Below, piece by piece: positions 1-12,999 of a stretch of DNA of 64,000 nt (position 1 is the stretch's first letter; each line of letters begins with the position of its first letter). Location of the stretch: positions 372,001 through 436,000 of the forward strand of contig VJWM01000187.1 of assembly GCA_010909165.1 (NCBI GenBank), written 5' to 3'. Under the pieces are notes generated by a model. The model was not told the DNA's origin, ran no database searches, and worked only from the letters and a program-made list of their open reading frames with translations. Source of the DNA: Anthoceros angustus (Eukaryota > Plantae > Anthocerotophyta). A program made the position numbers and the translations under genes.

Positions 1-923
1 TGGAGCTTGAAATGACAACTTGCATGCAGAGAAGGAAGTCAACCAAGAACAACCTTTAGACTAAACCACATCCTTGTAGAGGCGGTGAAAACCAAGCGTG
101 GGATGAAAACAATCACTACTATTCAAGTTTTGAAAAGGGTGGAGACCCCATTAAAAGCGTTGAGCGTTTTTAGAGGACTTAACTTTCTGAAGGAGAAGCT
201 CTTTTGCCCACCAAAATTTTCAAACCTCCTAGGAGCAAAGATTTGCATAGTACTAAATTGCAATCAAGAATGTAGGTCGCTAGAATGAAGGTGGCGAGAT
301 AGTCTAAAATCTTATGTGAAACGAGTCATGTCCATGCACACGATGTTTGATTTAACGTAAGCAAAAATCTTGTCACTAAAGGGCGTGGAAAGGTATTTTT
401 CAATCCATGAAGTCCATCGGCAAACCTTTAACTTGCATGGTCGGAGTGTGCATGAGTGTAAGTGTTGGGAATGCGTGTTGACGATGCCGACCGTGGAATG
501 CGATGCGGATGTATGGATGGGCGCGGTCGGATGCATAGGATTCAAACATTGATTAATGGAGGAGTCTGTCACGGCATATATGTCGACTATGTGCGACGCG
601 ACATACTCCTCACATCATTCTTGGCACCGGGACAAACATTTGACCCCTTGCTTGCAAGCATAACAAATTGGCCGTCATAATGCACATCTATTGATACATT
701 TAATTTTACGTAGTGAGAAAAAGTCATGACCATCTGCATGCTAGTATGTGAGCTCAGCACACAGTGAGCTATTTGATTGAAGGCAAGTTCACAAGATAAT
801 CTAAGGCTCAATTCTGAGCTCTTCCAAACAAAAATTCCACTTTGCAAAAACCATGCTTGCATTTTATAACGGATGCATGCGGACGCAAAAATCGGTAAGT
901 GCTCTTGGCGTACTCACCGCCAC
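1..923. repeat. Partial ~2.4 kb TFIIB-bearing tandem unit (U0)
   Basis: The opening sequence TGGAGCTTGAAATGACAACTTGC... recurs at ~11698, ~23697, ~45375 and ~59748. The unit breaks at 923 where YR element copy 1 begins. Confidence 0.9.
808..923 (-). pseudogene. TFIIB: 3' end of TFIIB-like gene (U0), interrupted by YR element copy 1
   Basis: Encodes ...RPHASVI..QAWFLQSG, matching the C-terminus of the copies at 22258 and 24503. Confidence 0.7.
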
Positions 924-1499
924 GTAGTCGCTGCTGCAGGGGCCTCTCGACGCGCCCAGCTTGAATTTTTTCTGGTAGTGCAGTGAATTTTAGAGAGAAT
1001 TGACCTTTTGGTCATTGTTTTACCAGAGTAAAATTCATTACAATATAGTAGAAAATCATCTACCATCAAGGTACAAAACAATGAACCATCCAAGTGGGTA
1101 AAATCATCTACCATCAAGGTAGAAAATAGAGCACTAGAGTAGAAAACATGACGACCAAGTGAATACCAGGTCTAGAAGCTCATTCTAGAAATCCCACCAA
1201 AATCGCTAATCGACAAAACATTTTCATTAAATAATATTCATGCGGATCCGGGATATACAAAAACCAACAAAGAAACCTTTTCTTTGCGAGTTTCTGTATA
1301 TCCGTAATGGCATGAACAAATTCAACTAATGAAGAGTAAATACCAATAGATTGAACTCTGCTAGATTGAACTCTACTTCAACAACAATGGAACCTACAAA
1401 CAAAACGAAAACAGCACACAAACCGTGATTAGGCTGATACTAGAAAACACTGGAAATAATCATAGCAAATACTTAAGAAATGATACTCACCTTATTTAG

Positions 1500-4400
1500 G
1501 GAAATTTACTGTACAATTATACAGATTGAAAACGTAATTTTCACGACCACTTGGCTTGATTGGCACTTGTACAAAGATCATCATTCGGCAACCAATTGAT
1601 GAAGGCGAGGACTTGGACGAAATTGTCCCTCTTCCCGCAAGGTGACAACCTAATAAAATACAACCATTGATTTTCAATGTATGATTAATAAAGAGCATAA
1701 GAAAACTTACCAATCACGGATTTTCGCGAGATAGCGGCAAATATCTCGAGGCACATTTCCTCGCTCTGTTCTCTTTCCACGCAGCCTTGAACCTCTTGCT
1801 CTATCTGCTGCGCTTGATTTCTCTTGATGCTTAATGTGCTCTTGTCTCCTCTCCACATTTCTCCGCCTCAATCTCAAGGGCTTTCTCTCTTTTGCTTAGA
1901 GACTCGTAATTCAAGCGCTTTACGCCTCTCTATAAGAGCCTCCAAATCCTTTTGCCTGAAACTCCAATTGCTTCATCATCATACTCCAATTCCCGCGATC
2001 TCAAGAAGCTCAAAGCCACTTCCATTTCCATCACAGTCGCAATACGATATCGAGGTGCTACCACGGCCACATTTACATCTGGTTAACTTCGATGACCGAT
2101 CACACTCACTATGCACAATGCCCTCCAACGGAGGGACCATCGCATCCACTTCCCTCGAGTGTATCAATGTTGAAATGAGGGATGAAGGTCGCTTACACTA
2201 GTCGCAGGATTCACAACCGCCAAGATAAACATAATCGAAACTCCAAAAGAAGTGAAAACAAACAATGAAAGAATCAACCTTGTCAACATATGGAATTTCA
2301 CTAGAACACCCTGTTGGTCCGTTATCCATCCGGATGCCTTGGCCACCGCTGGGAGGTATGTTTGCAACCAAAACACCAGCCTCCCACCATAACAAAAACC
2401 AGATGATTAAAACAGATCCAACATGGCGATCGCAACCAAGGAACGACAATACCAACACGAACTTGACAATGGACCACATGGTGCAGAAAAACTCAGTTCG
2501 GTGCTGACATTGTTCAGAGGTCTGCTTTCATGATGAACAACAAGAGTGGCCACAGAGACCTAACACACAAAAAACAAGTCAGGACACAGGATTTTGATAA
2601 GTCCCTACAAACTTGCAACAAATCTCAAACACTTACATTGTTAACCTGTTGCACTCGCAAGGGGCGCTGATCTTCAGGCTGACTAGAAAATACAATTTCA
2701 GGAGTCACATTGAGGACTGATTTGGAAGAACACCCTTAAATCATCGCATCCGAAGTTCTTCGTTCAAAAGCTCGATAGGATCCGCTCACCGTGAACAAGG
2801 ACTCTTCTGCTGTTTTGCTTGACTGCACGGTCATATCGCAAACCATATCGAACGCCGAAGGAACATACAAAGGACTCAAATGTCACAAGCTTTCAAAACA
2901 TATTACCTTGAGAATCCAGCATCCGTTTATGGCGGTCACACTTCTCCCAAAGATGAAGGCACCGAGCCATCGTCAACGTGTAATCATTGTTACACGGCAG
3001 CTCTTATTGGTGTAATAGCCCAGGTATGCTTCAGCCATGGTCTTCATGAACCTTGACAACATTCCTTTTGAAACACGAGTTTTGCATACCAAGCCTAGCC
3101 AAAAACAAGCAGTTAGTAAATACAAACCACAAAACTTAAGCCCAAATAACAACAAACTTACATTTGATCTTGGGTTATCAATCGTTGAATTGAACAAAAC
3201 CCCGAATTGTGATTTTTGTCGCTTGCACCACTTGGGAGAGTGTTCAATAACAAAGTTTAAAAAGTTTCGATAACAATTTTTGAAATGCTCCGTAATTCTT
3301 CATGTCCACGCAATGAAATTTAGCTTAATACAAGACATCAAACGTCAAAGATACAATGAACAAACAAAACAACCAAAGGTACAAATGCCATCAGACTTGA
3401 GAGTTATGTAACTTTATGTAACTCCAAACTGGTCATGCAAAAATATGCACACCGCAAACAATAGAGGCATAAGGCCTGTGTTTAAGACCATAAATGAACA
3501 ATCAAAGTGCACCCCTAAACCAACAATATTACCTTTTTGAGCCCCGCCCAAATGAGCATTGATGATCTCGTGTGAAAGAATCCGCCATCATCATCGAAAT
3601 CAACTTCACCTCTTTTCGACATGACACAATCCCAAGGTCCTTGCTGATTTTCATGGACGCAACCAACCGCTCGGGACCCATGGAAAATTCCATGAAACAT
3701 GTTGATCACCAGAACATCAGAACCAAGCCGGCTTTGGTTCAGATGCACTTCCTTGTTAAAATTCGGTTAAAACCACGAAAGAAAGACATCAACTGCACAA
3801 GAGAGATCAAATCGTCATGTGAAAGGAAAGTCGAACTATCAAAATCAACAAGTAAAAAACATCACTACTTTTTCGGAGAAAATCTCTGTCCTTGATTCGA
3901 ACTTGATGGAAAAAGGATATCGAATAAGATTTAGATCCTTGTGAGGGATATCCTCAACAGCAGTATCCCATCCCCTGACCCCACTCACTTTCATAAAGGC
4001 CCTGAGACGACTTCGACACTAGTTATTCTTCCGTTTGGACCTATCCTCCCCACCACTCAAAGCATCATTCACAGCTCCCTCTGGGACTATTGGGTCAAAT
4101 CCGCCTCCAAAATTGCTTCATCATCAATTTCCTCCATACCCATGGCAAAGTCATCTTCGGGACCATCACACTTTAGCCTCTCAAACATATCGAGCACTTC
4201 TTGATCGGGGATGACTCGGTCGGGAACCACAACAGTATGGAATCCACCAAAGAAGCATCTGCTCAACGGCAGCACACAAATCTCTAGACTCTGTGACAGG
4301 CAAGACTCACAACCATGGGATCGTCGGTTATCAAGAAATCATTCTCCCCACAACCGGACCCCTCTCTCATTAATCGACATAGTTAGTAATCTCTGCAAGA

Positions 4401-4650
4401 GGACCTTCAACCAATGCCAGTCGAGTGTCCACCCTTCTCCTCTTCCACAAAACTCGGCACGCCGTCATCCTTCTTGGATGAGAAGTGCCCGGTTTAGGAA
4501 TGTCTTTTGGGAACTAAATAAGTTCCTTCACTGCACCAAGACACCATCAACTTTACCATCATCCTGCGGTGGATGGGTTGCGATGAAGAAGCGGACACAC
4601 TGTCAGTGTATATGGCTTAGCCATGACTTGACCAAGGACCCTTGCTTTTT
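1500..4650 (-). pseudogene. Intron-containing Crypton/DUF3504-like tyrosine recombinase, copy 1
   Basis: MLSRFMKTMAEA..GYYTNKSCRVTMITR (~2973-3065), then H-K..DAGFSR^YDRAVK across an intron. The RGGEE motif at ~3400-3425 is replaced by a short duplication. Confidence 0.75.
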
Positions 4651-6894
4651 CCAGTCGAAGGCCCAGGGTTTCTTTTAGGAGCCATCGCAAAGCCAAAAAG
4701 AATTAGAGTGGACAAGGAACACAACCATCCTAAAGGAGAACTTCACAAACAAAATCAAAACCAAAAACACTTACGTGGTGTTCGAACTTCCAAAACGAAC
4801 TTCTCAAGGGTCTAACAGATGATTATAAAACAATCCAAGACAAAGAGAGGTGGGGACATGGCACGTAATACATTCATTGAATCTACACATTGTTAAATTT
4901 AGTGATCCTTTCCACTTTATGTTAGTGAGAGAAGAGCACTCCTTTCCCAAAATACCCACATACTTCATAATTAGACCTATTTGCCAAATAATAAGAAAAA
5001 CAAAAAAAAGTAGCCCCAGCAGTAAAAAAGAGCATAACGCATCCGAACATTCAATCGTGACTAATCAAGCAAGAAGAGGTTATCACGATTCACGTATGCA
5101 CTGTAATGAACACGCAAACAGTAAGCCTACACAAAAATTTGAATTAAATAACTTATAAGTGGTACCAAAGCAAACTCTTACCACGGTGACCAAACAATGA
5201 CGAAAATGACAAAGACCATCGGTCAATACATACATAATCATACCATATCAAGGATAACACCATAAACAAAACTTCAACTTCATCAAAAGCTTGTCCAAGA
5301 AAGCTTGTCCGCACACAAAACCAATAAGAAAGAGAAGCACGTTTTGCACCGACAAACAAACAAACGATCTGAAATTATAACATTTGAAGCAGGAAAAAGT
5401 AAACCACAAGGACAAATGTAACTCAAGTCACGCACATCGTTAACCAACACTCTCTTACATTAAAAATCTTGCGGAATTACTTCCTGCGTCTCGAAGAATA
5501 CAAAACAATTAAAAATGCTGCTCAACATAAAGAACAATGCATCGAAAACAAGATAAGATAGCATTTTAACAACAACATATCGTAAAGCGAGTAACAAAAG
5601 ACGCTTTCACGTACCAAACAAGGTCCCAAATGTGTCCGCTTACATCCAAACCTTGATCGCATCAAAAGCGAGAGAGTAAGATCACACGAGGAAGGCGAAC
5701 GCTCTCCGAGAAAGAACAAAAAGGCAAGCTTTGCAGACTGACAAAACAAACAAACGATACAGAACCATGACAGCAGGCTGCTATGATGCAGCAGGCTGAT
5801 GTAGGCACAGGACAAACTGCTGTCACAGCTTGCAAAGGCTGTTAACCAACCTCTCTTACGTCCAACAACCTCTTGCAGCCGATTACTCCCTGCGTTTCAA
5901 ACAAGAATAGAAGACAATAAGAACAAAATATTGCTCAACATTATGAACAATGCAAGCTACTGAAGAGAAGATAACATACATTTTCCAACAGCAACATATG
6001 CGTAAACGCAGAGTAACCAGTTGACACAAAAGACATTTGATGACTTACCAAAGTGGTCCCGATCTGTGACCGCCACTTCAAACGAAAACTTGACTGCATC
6101 AAAACACAGCGGGAGAGGGTTACAACACACGAGCAAAGCGAAAACCAATAAGAACAAAGACTTGAGAGCTAGCCGCTTTAAACGACACATTTTAAACCAA
6201 ACAAAACTACACGAAGACACAAGAATGAAACCTAAATAACAAACGATCGTGTGATAGAGACAAGAAGACGGGCAAGACAAAAGAAATGATACCAAGCCAT
6301 GGAACCACGACAACAAGCGGCGGATAAAGGGACACTTCCAACAACAACAAACAAGCAATACGAGATTTTGCGAGAAAGAACACAAGTATCACACATGCAA
6401 CAGGACTGAACAAAAGTAAGCCTAGCTACAACCACAGAAGCTCGAAAGCTCCAAGTCGAAGAGCACGTTTACATGAGAGGAAGTAACACCATAAACAAAA
6501 CCGCACAAAACAACAAGACACAAAACAACAACAAAACCGCACAAAAGAACGAGAAATCAGATAGAAACAAAGAGCACTAGGGACATACAAATCAGATAAC
6601 ATCTTAGCAGGTCTTTCCCTAAGAAATATAAACAATCACGCACAAGCAAAGAACAACATCAACAACAGGACGAAATACACAAAACATCCTACGATATATA
6701 TAGAAACTTGAATACACTACCACCATAGCGGTAGACAAAACACCAAACCAATAGACTAGAAAACAAGAATGAAACAAAACCAAAGCGCCAAATACACAAA
6801 ACAACAACAACAAAACCGCACAAAACAACAAGACACAAAACAACAAGACACAAAACAACGTGAACGCAGATGGACGACTTCAAATGGGAGCAAA

Positions 6895-7345
6895 AGGCCT
6901 TAACCTTTAACAAACCTTGGCCTTGGTACCAAACAACCTTGGCCTTGGACTAAGCAAGCACATGGACCTTAGAGGCAAGACACCTTGGCCTTGAACATGG
7001 GAACCCCTTGGCCTTCGGAAAAGAACCTTCAAAACAGAGCAGCAAAACCTTGGCCTTCGAAACAAATTTTACAGAGACCTTGGCCTTCGAACGAAGGCTG
7101 AGAAAGGCCTTAACCATTGGAAAGGGCCTGAAAGAAACCTTGGCCCAAAAACTTAAAAGACCTTAGCCTAGCGAACCTAGAACACCTTGGCCTTCGAATG
7201 AGCTACAAACCAGACCTTAGCCTTCGGAGCAGAACCAGAAAGACGTTGGCCTGCGAAACTAGAACTAGACAGCTCCTTCCCCGAAACAGAGGAAGGAAGA
7301 CCTTGGCCTACGAAACTAAACACAGAGCAAAACACCTAAGCCTTG
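6895..7345. repeat. Irregular array of CCTTGGCC(T) motifs in the YR element leader
   Basis: More than a dozen CCTTGGCC/CCTTAGCC copies. Sparser equivalents at ~17745-18270 and ~37140-37860. Confidence 0.8.
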
Positions 7346-7417
7346 GCGCCAGAGACTAGACCACCTCGGACTTGAAAAGACAGAATGACAAAAGAACTCG
7401 CGCTCTGAGGGAAGCCA

Positions 7418-7442
7418 TTTATATAGGCCAGCAAACCCTAAA
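7418..7442 (-). promoter_or_regulatory. Putative TATA box with adjacent telo-box (AAACCCTA), copy 1
   Basis: TTTATATAGG..AAACCCTA at the compositional switch point. Conserved at ~18582 and ~38019. Confidence 0.5.
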
Positions 7443-7829
7443 CATTCTCACTCTGGCGGCGCCGCCGTTCTCTCTCTACCAAGCTGGTTTGAATTTACCG
7501 AACCTAACATTCCGAGCCCAATTCCAAACCAACGTAGGTTTGCCATTCGCTGCCGCCGCCGCGCTGTTCAACCAAACCTAGATTCAATTTTCCAAACCTA
7601 GCCTAACGGCACCAAACCTAATCTCCGAACCCCGGCGTGAGCGAACCCGCTACCGCCAACCACGATCGCCACGCACACCATCGAACCATCTAGAACCCTA
7701 ACTTTCGATTAAACAAGATGCACATAGGGTTATCTTCGCCCAACACGCCAGTCGCAGGGCCGCGCGGTCGGCGGTCCGCATTTCGATCACTGCCGTCGCC
7801 AGAGTGACCTCTTGCTCACAGTTTGGCTG

Positions 7830-9280
7830 GTGTCCTCGGAGAAGGTCTGGCGCAATCGGCTCCTTCCTTTCATCTAGGTACTGCCCACTACATGCGTCTG
7901 ATGCACTTCTTTCTTCAGTCGCCGTTTCTTAGTTCCAGGATCTAGGTGGGTATGCCAAATTGCGCTCTCTGATTCTGCTGCAAACCATCTGATCACGTCC
8001 CTTGCAGCCCACACCGGTGCTCCAGCTTGCGCTCATCTCCTGCCACCGCCAACACGACATCAAGAAGTCTCGACTGGCGTCCTCTGTGGGTACGACGTCA
8101 AGCACACTTGTCTCTTCTTTTGTTTTCGTTGCAGACCAATTGCCAACGCCACCGCTGGCTTTTGCTTCCGCCGCCTCGGTAGCCTGTAATCGCTCGTGAG
8201 TTTGCTTTCAAGCGCCTTGCTTATCAAGTGATTTAATTTGCGAAGTCTCGAGACATAGGCTCAAAACCTCGACGGCGCCCTCCGTGTACGTCACACACTT
8301 ACGTGTCGGTTCTCTTTTGTTTTCGTTGCAGCCCAATTGCCAACGCCCACTGCCTCATGGCTTTTGCTTTTCGCCCTGGATATGTTATCGCATCGTGGAG
8401 TTTGCGCTTCAACCGCCTTGCTTATCAAGTGATTTATTCTGCGAAGTCTCGAGACATAGCGCACAAAACCACTTGAGTGGTCCAATGTAAGAAGTAATGT
8501 GAACGATTAAGCCTCTGTGTCGCCAAACCGACCTTACTTCCATTTGCTTGTTTCCTTTTTCAAAGTCCAGCCATCAAGAATAAGTGTGTCCTCGGAGAAG
8601 GTGCGCAATCGGCTCCTTCCTTTCATCTATCACGCCCACTACATCGATGCACTTCTTGTTGCCATTTCTTAGTTCCGGGATCTAGGTGGGTATGCGCGCT
8701 CTCTCAAAACCATCGATCCGTCCTTGCAGCCCACACGGTGGTCCAGCTTCGCTCATCTCCACCCCCGCGACATCAAGAAGTCTCGTGGCGTCCTCCGTGA
8801 TCTGACGTCAAGCACACTTACGTCTCTTCTCTTTTGTTTTCGTTGCAGCCCAATTGCGCCTTGTCTCGCTTTTGCTTCCGATCTTGCTCTGGATAGCACT
8901 GTATCGCTCGTGAGTTCTTTGCTTTCAAGCGCCTTGCTTATCAAGTGATTTATTCTGCGAAGTCTCGAGACATAGGCTCAAAACCCTCTGGCGTCCTCAG
9001 GTGAGTGCGTTGTCAAACACTTACGTCGTGTCTTCTCTTTTGTTTTCGTTGCAGCCCAGCGCCGGTATCTCATGAGCTTTTGCTTCGATCTTGCTCTGGA
9101 TAACTTTGTATCGCTCGTGAGTTCTTTGCTTTCAATTGCTTATCAAGTGATTTATTCTGCGAAGTCTCGAGACATAGCACAAAACCACTTGAGGTCCAGT
9201 AATGTAATTAATCGACGATTACCAAGCCTACAGTCATGTGACCTTACTTCCATTTGGTTGTTTCCTTTTTCAAAGTCCAT
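7830..9280. repeat. ~755 bp tandem duplication, each unit containing two ~215 bp sub-repeats
   Basis: GTCCTCGGAGAAGGT...CAATCGGCTCCTTCC at ~7832 and ~8588. CTTATCAAGTGATTTA..GCGAAGTCTCGAGACATAG occurs four times. Confidence 0.85.
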
Positions 9281-9766
9281 TCTGGCGATCGGTAATGTGA
9301 GGTCCTCGATAGTGTTGTCTCGACCGCTTGACCATGCATCGGCTTAATCTTCGCTGCCTTGCACCTAGATCACACCGAAACACGTGGCCTTAGAGTGGTG
9401 TGCGAGGTCCAACCACACGAAAAACCTAGTAAGTCACCCTACTTTTGCTTTTTGAAGCTTGTATCACGCATGCAGTAGTTATAGAAGCATGCCTGTCAGC
9501 TTTTGTCGCGGGCATGGTAGTTGCAGGAGCATGCACTTGCGCTTGTTCGCTGACGCAGCGTTAGTGGCGGCATGCCGCAACACGCGCGGTGGACGCCACC
9601 GCATGCTTGGGACCGCAAGAACGCCTTGGCTCTCAGCGCCGCCGTCTCTCGACTTCCTTGGCTCTCGACTTCAATTGCAGAGCCTTTGCAGAGCCAAAGT
9701 GTCACGAACGACACACGCACATCACAACAATGTGTCGAGTCAGCGTCTAGTAGATGCATAAATAGG

Positions 9767-10028
9767 CATGCGCAACACGCGGCGTTGAGTGGTATGCCGC
9801 AACACGCGGCGCTGAGTGGCGGCATGCCGCAACACGCGGCGTTGAGTGGCGCGCCGCAACACGCGGCGTTAGTGGCGGCATGCCGCAACACGCGGCGTTG
9901 AGTGGCGGCATGCCGCAACACGCGGCGTTGAGTGGCGTACGCCGCAACACGCGGCGTTGAGTGGCGGCCGCAACACGCGGCGTTGAGTGGCGGCATGCCG
10001 CAACACGCGGCGTTGAGCGGCGGCATGC
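9767..10028. repeat. 30-bp GC-rich minisatellite (GGCATGCCGCAACACGCGGCGTTGAGTGGC), ~9 units
   Basis: Directly visible tandem units. One detached partial unit at ~9555-9590. Confidence 0.95.
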
Positions 10029-10060
10029 ATGGGCTTGCTGCTGCAGCTTTGGGATGCGGC

Positions 10061-10985
10061 AGATTAGAACGGACGCGGGACGAGAACGGCCGAGGCCGTG
10101 AGGCCGAGACCGTTAGCCGCGGCGCCCGACGCGCCGTCGCCTCGGCGTGGAGCGGCCGAGTCTCTGGGCCGAGACGCGCCCAACTCGATCGCATCATATG
10201 AGCCGAGGTCTCGGATCTTGTTTAGACCGGGTGCCTATACCACCCGGCTTATATGTCATTTCTCTCTCTTAAGAATTTCTACCATCAGATTATTTTTCGC
10301 TTTTTCAACTTTTACACAATAAAAGGATTATCTCAGTAATTAGGCTCTAATCAAAATAGTTTTGGTTAAATCACACATATTCTATTGGAGTAGATGGAGT
10401 GTAATATGGTTCCGTCGCCCGCCTCTTCGAATAGTACTTTTGAGTCTGATTGTATGGTCCGGATAAATGTATTATCATTTCAAATATTTCATCAGCGAGA
10501 ATATTTCTAATTTAAACCATTGTCGAATTCATATATAAAACTTATCTATTTTTTAACTTTAGTACTCACCTCAAAGAGTGAAAACAACTCGTTTTGATTC
10601 TCCGATAACTACAAACAAAAGTAAAAGTAATTAGTCATTTACCTCCATTTCAATTCGGAGAAGATCTTTCTTTGCATATACCTTTTCGACAAGCGTTAAA
10701 CACGTCGTGAAGATTCCCCACATGCTGAAATGTGATCGTATGTTACGAAGAAACATAAACATTAGAATTTTTTGGAATGCAAGCGGATATTACCTTACCT
10801 TCAAACGATGTACCTTTTGAATGTTTTAGTTGTCTCGGTTCTTCCATGAGAGACAACAAGTCTGCTTTCAACTCCTTATTTTCAATTGCTGCCCTATCTG
10901 CATTCAATGCATGAATTAGAATACATAGAATTATATGTAATGAAAATAATAGTGAAAAGAGAAGTTATCGCAGCTTACTTGCTTG
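10061..10985 (-). mobile_element. Inverted right end of a YR element (GC-rich terminus plus 3' exons of the cargo gene)
   Basis: 10061-10220 is the reverse complement of ~22090-22242. 10560-10740 is a diverged reverse complement of ~21610-21780 with the same intron donor. Confidence 0.8.
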
Positions 10986-10989
10986 GATT

Positions 10990-12484
10990 TGTTAACCCAC
11001 GAGGGCTTTGGACAATGAGTGACTAAGCACAATGATTGTTTTTCAACGGTAAAGGATTCCACAGTGACCTTGAACCTTGACACCTTACGAGGGGCTTGTC
11101 CAATGTTATGAATATATGTAAGTCGCATCCCTCATTTATATACCCAAGTTTTCCTTGGCCCTTGGGAATCTTCGTGGAATTTTGCATCCCGAAACCCCTA
11201 ATTACCATGGGCCAAGGAACAATCATCCTTGATTTCGTCATCCCCTTTTTTTAAATTCGCCCACTTCCTTGAGGTTGATTCCGTCCTTGGACTTTGGCCT
11301 CACAAATTTTTCCACAAAGTTCTTCTTTCGAGCACGGACGCCAAGAGTCCGCTAGCCTACTTGCGCCCTCGGGACGGAGTCTGCCTATTGGCGCACTCGG
11401 CACACCCGAGGCCAAGATGCAGTCCGTCGGCCTACCACGATCGAGCCTCCCACTCCCCAATGCGACGTTCTCTCGGCCCACGGTTTAGGGTTATCGGGCC
11501 TACCACTCCCGAGTCGCGTCCTTTCGGCCCTCCCGTGAGACTTCTCACGGTGAGTGCACGATGGCGTCGTGCAATCCGACCACATGTGGTGAAGCTTGAG
11601 AAACCGTTTTAATTTTTTGAAAAGTGTTTCGTAGAAAGGGCCTATGTAAATTAGCCTACTTGTACCAAATATCAAAGGCTATCGCATCAAGCTATGTTGG
11701 AGCTTGAAATGACAACTTGCATGCAGAGAAGGCAAGTCAACCAAGAACAACCTTTAGACTAAACCACATCCTTGTAGGCGGTGAAAACCAAGCGTGGGAT
11801 GAAAACAATCACTACTATTCAAGTTTTGAAAAGGGTGGAGACCCCATTAAAAGCGTTGAGCGTTTTTAGAGGACTTAACTTTCTCAAGGAGAAGCTCTTT
11901 GCCCACCAAAATTTTCAAACCTCCTAGGAGCAAAGATTTGCATAGTACTAAATTGCAATCAAGAATGTAGGTCGCTAGAATGAAGGTGGCGATAGTCTAA
12001 AATCTTATGTGAAACGAGTCATGTCCATGCACACGATGTTTGATTTAACGTAAGCAAAAATCTTGTCACTAAAGGACGTGACGAAGGTCTTTTTCCAATC
12101 CATGAAGTCCATCGGCAAACCTTTAACTTTGCATGGTCGGGAGTGTGCATGAGTGTAAGTGTTGGAATGCGTGTTGGCGATGTGCCGTGGAATGCGATGC
12201 GGATGTATGGATGGGCGCGGGTCGGATGCATAGGATTCAAACATTGACAGTTGGAGGAGTCTCACGGTCGCAGCTATATGACTATGCGACGACATACTCC
12301 TCACATCATTCTTGGCACCGGGACAAACATTTGACCCCTTTCAAAGCATAACAAATTGGCTCATAATGCACACGATCTATTGATACATTTAATTTTACGT
12401 AGTGAGAAAAAGTCGACCATGCATGCTAGTATGTGAGCTCAAGCACACATGAGCTATTTGATTGAAGGCAAGTTCACGGTATCT
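10990..12484. repeat. TFIIB tandem unit U1, spacer part (continues at 22246)
   Basis: Begins GTTAACCCACGAGGGCTTTGGACAATG as at ~44672 (shorter match at ~23005). Resumes at TAATCTAAGGCTC after YR copy 2. Confidence 0.9.
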
Positions 12485-12999
12485 AAAAAGTCACGGCCTT
12501 CAAACAGGACCTCATGCGCCCGGTAGTTTTCGGGGTAGTGCGGTGAATTTTAGAGAGAATCGACCTTTTGGCCATTATTTTACAGAATGTAAAATTCATT
12601 ACAATATAGTAGAAAACATGCCAAGTGGGGTGAATATGATCTACCATCAAGGTGGAAAACAGAGCACTAGAGTAGAAAACATGGCGACCAAGTGAATACC
12701 AGTGCGTCTAGTAGAAGCTCATTCTAGAAATCCCACCAAAATCGCTAATCGACAAAACATTTTCTTAAATAATATTCATGCGGATCCGGGATATACAAAA
12801 CCAACAAAGAACCCTTTTCTTTGCGAGTTTCCAGATATCCGAATTGCATGAAATCTAATTCAACTAATGAAGAGTAAATACCAGATAGAGTGAACTCGCT
12901 TCAACAAGAAACCTACAAACAAAACCAAAATTAGCACCCAAACCGTAATTACGCTGCTACTAGTAAACACTAAAAATAAAACATTGATACTCACCTTAT

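Larger units (their letters stand above)
924..9450 (-). mobile_element. Crypton-like tyrosine-recombinase DNA element, copy 1 (diverged subfamily, right end rearranged)
   Basis: Left end AGTCGCTGCTGCAGGGGCCTCTCGACGC matches ~31917. Colinear with 12485-19850 and 31911-39300 but more diverged. Confidence 0.8.

Noticed and set aside
9767-10028. CRISPR-like array, or the 233-aa repetitive ORF at 9496-10197
   Set aside because: Units are contiguous with no unique spacers, and the ORF is only a translation of the minisatellite.
11023-11700. ORFs recurring in the unit spacer (e.g. MTKSRMIVPWPMVIRGFG, MKTKRGMKT)
   Set aside because: They recur only because the units are near identical; no recognisable domain.
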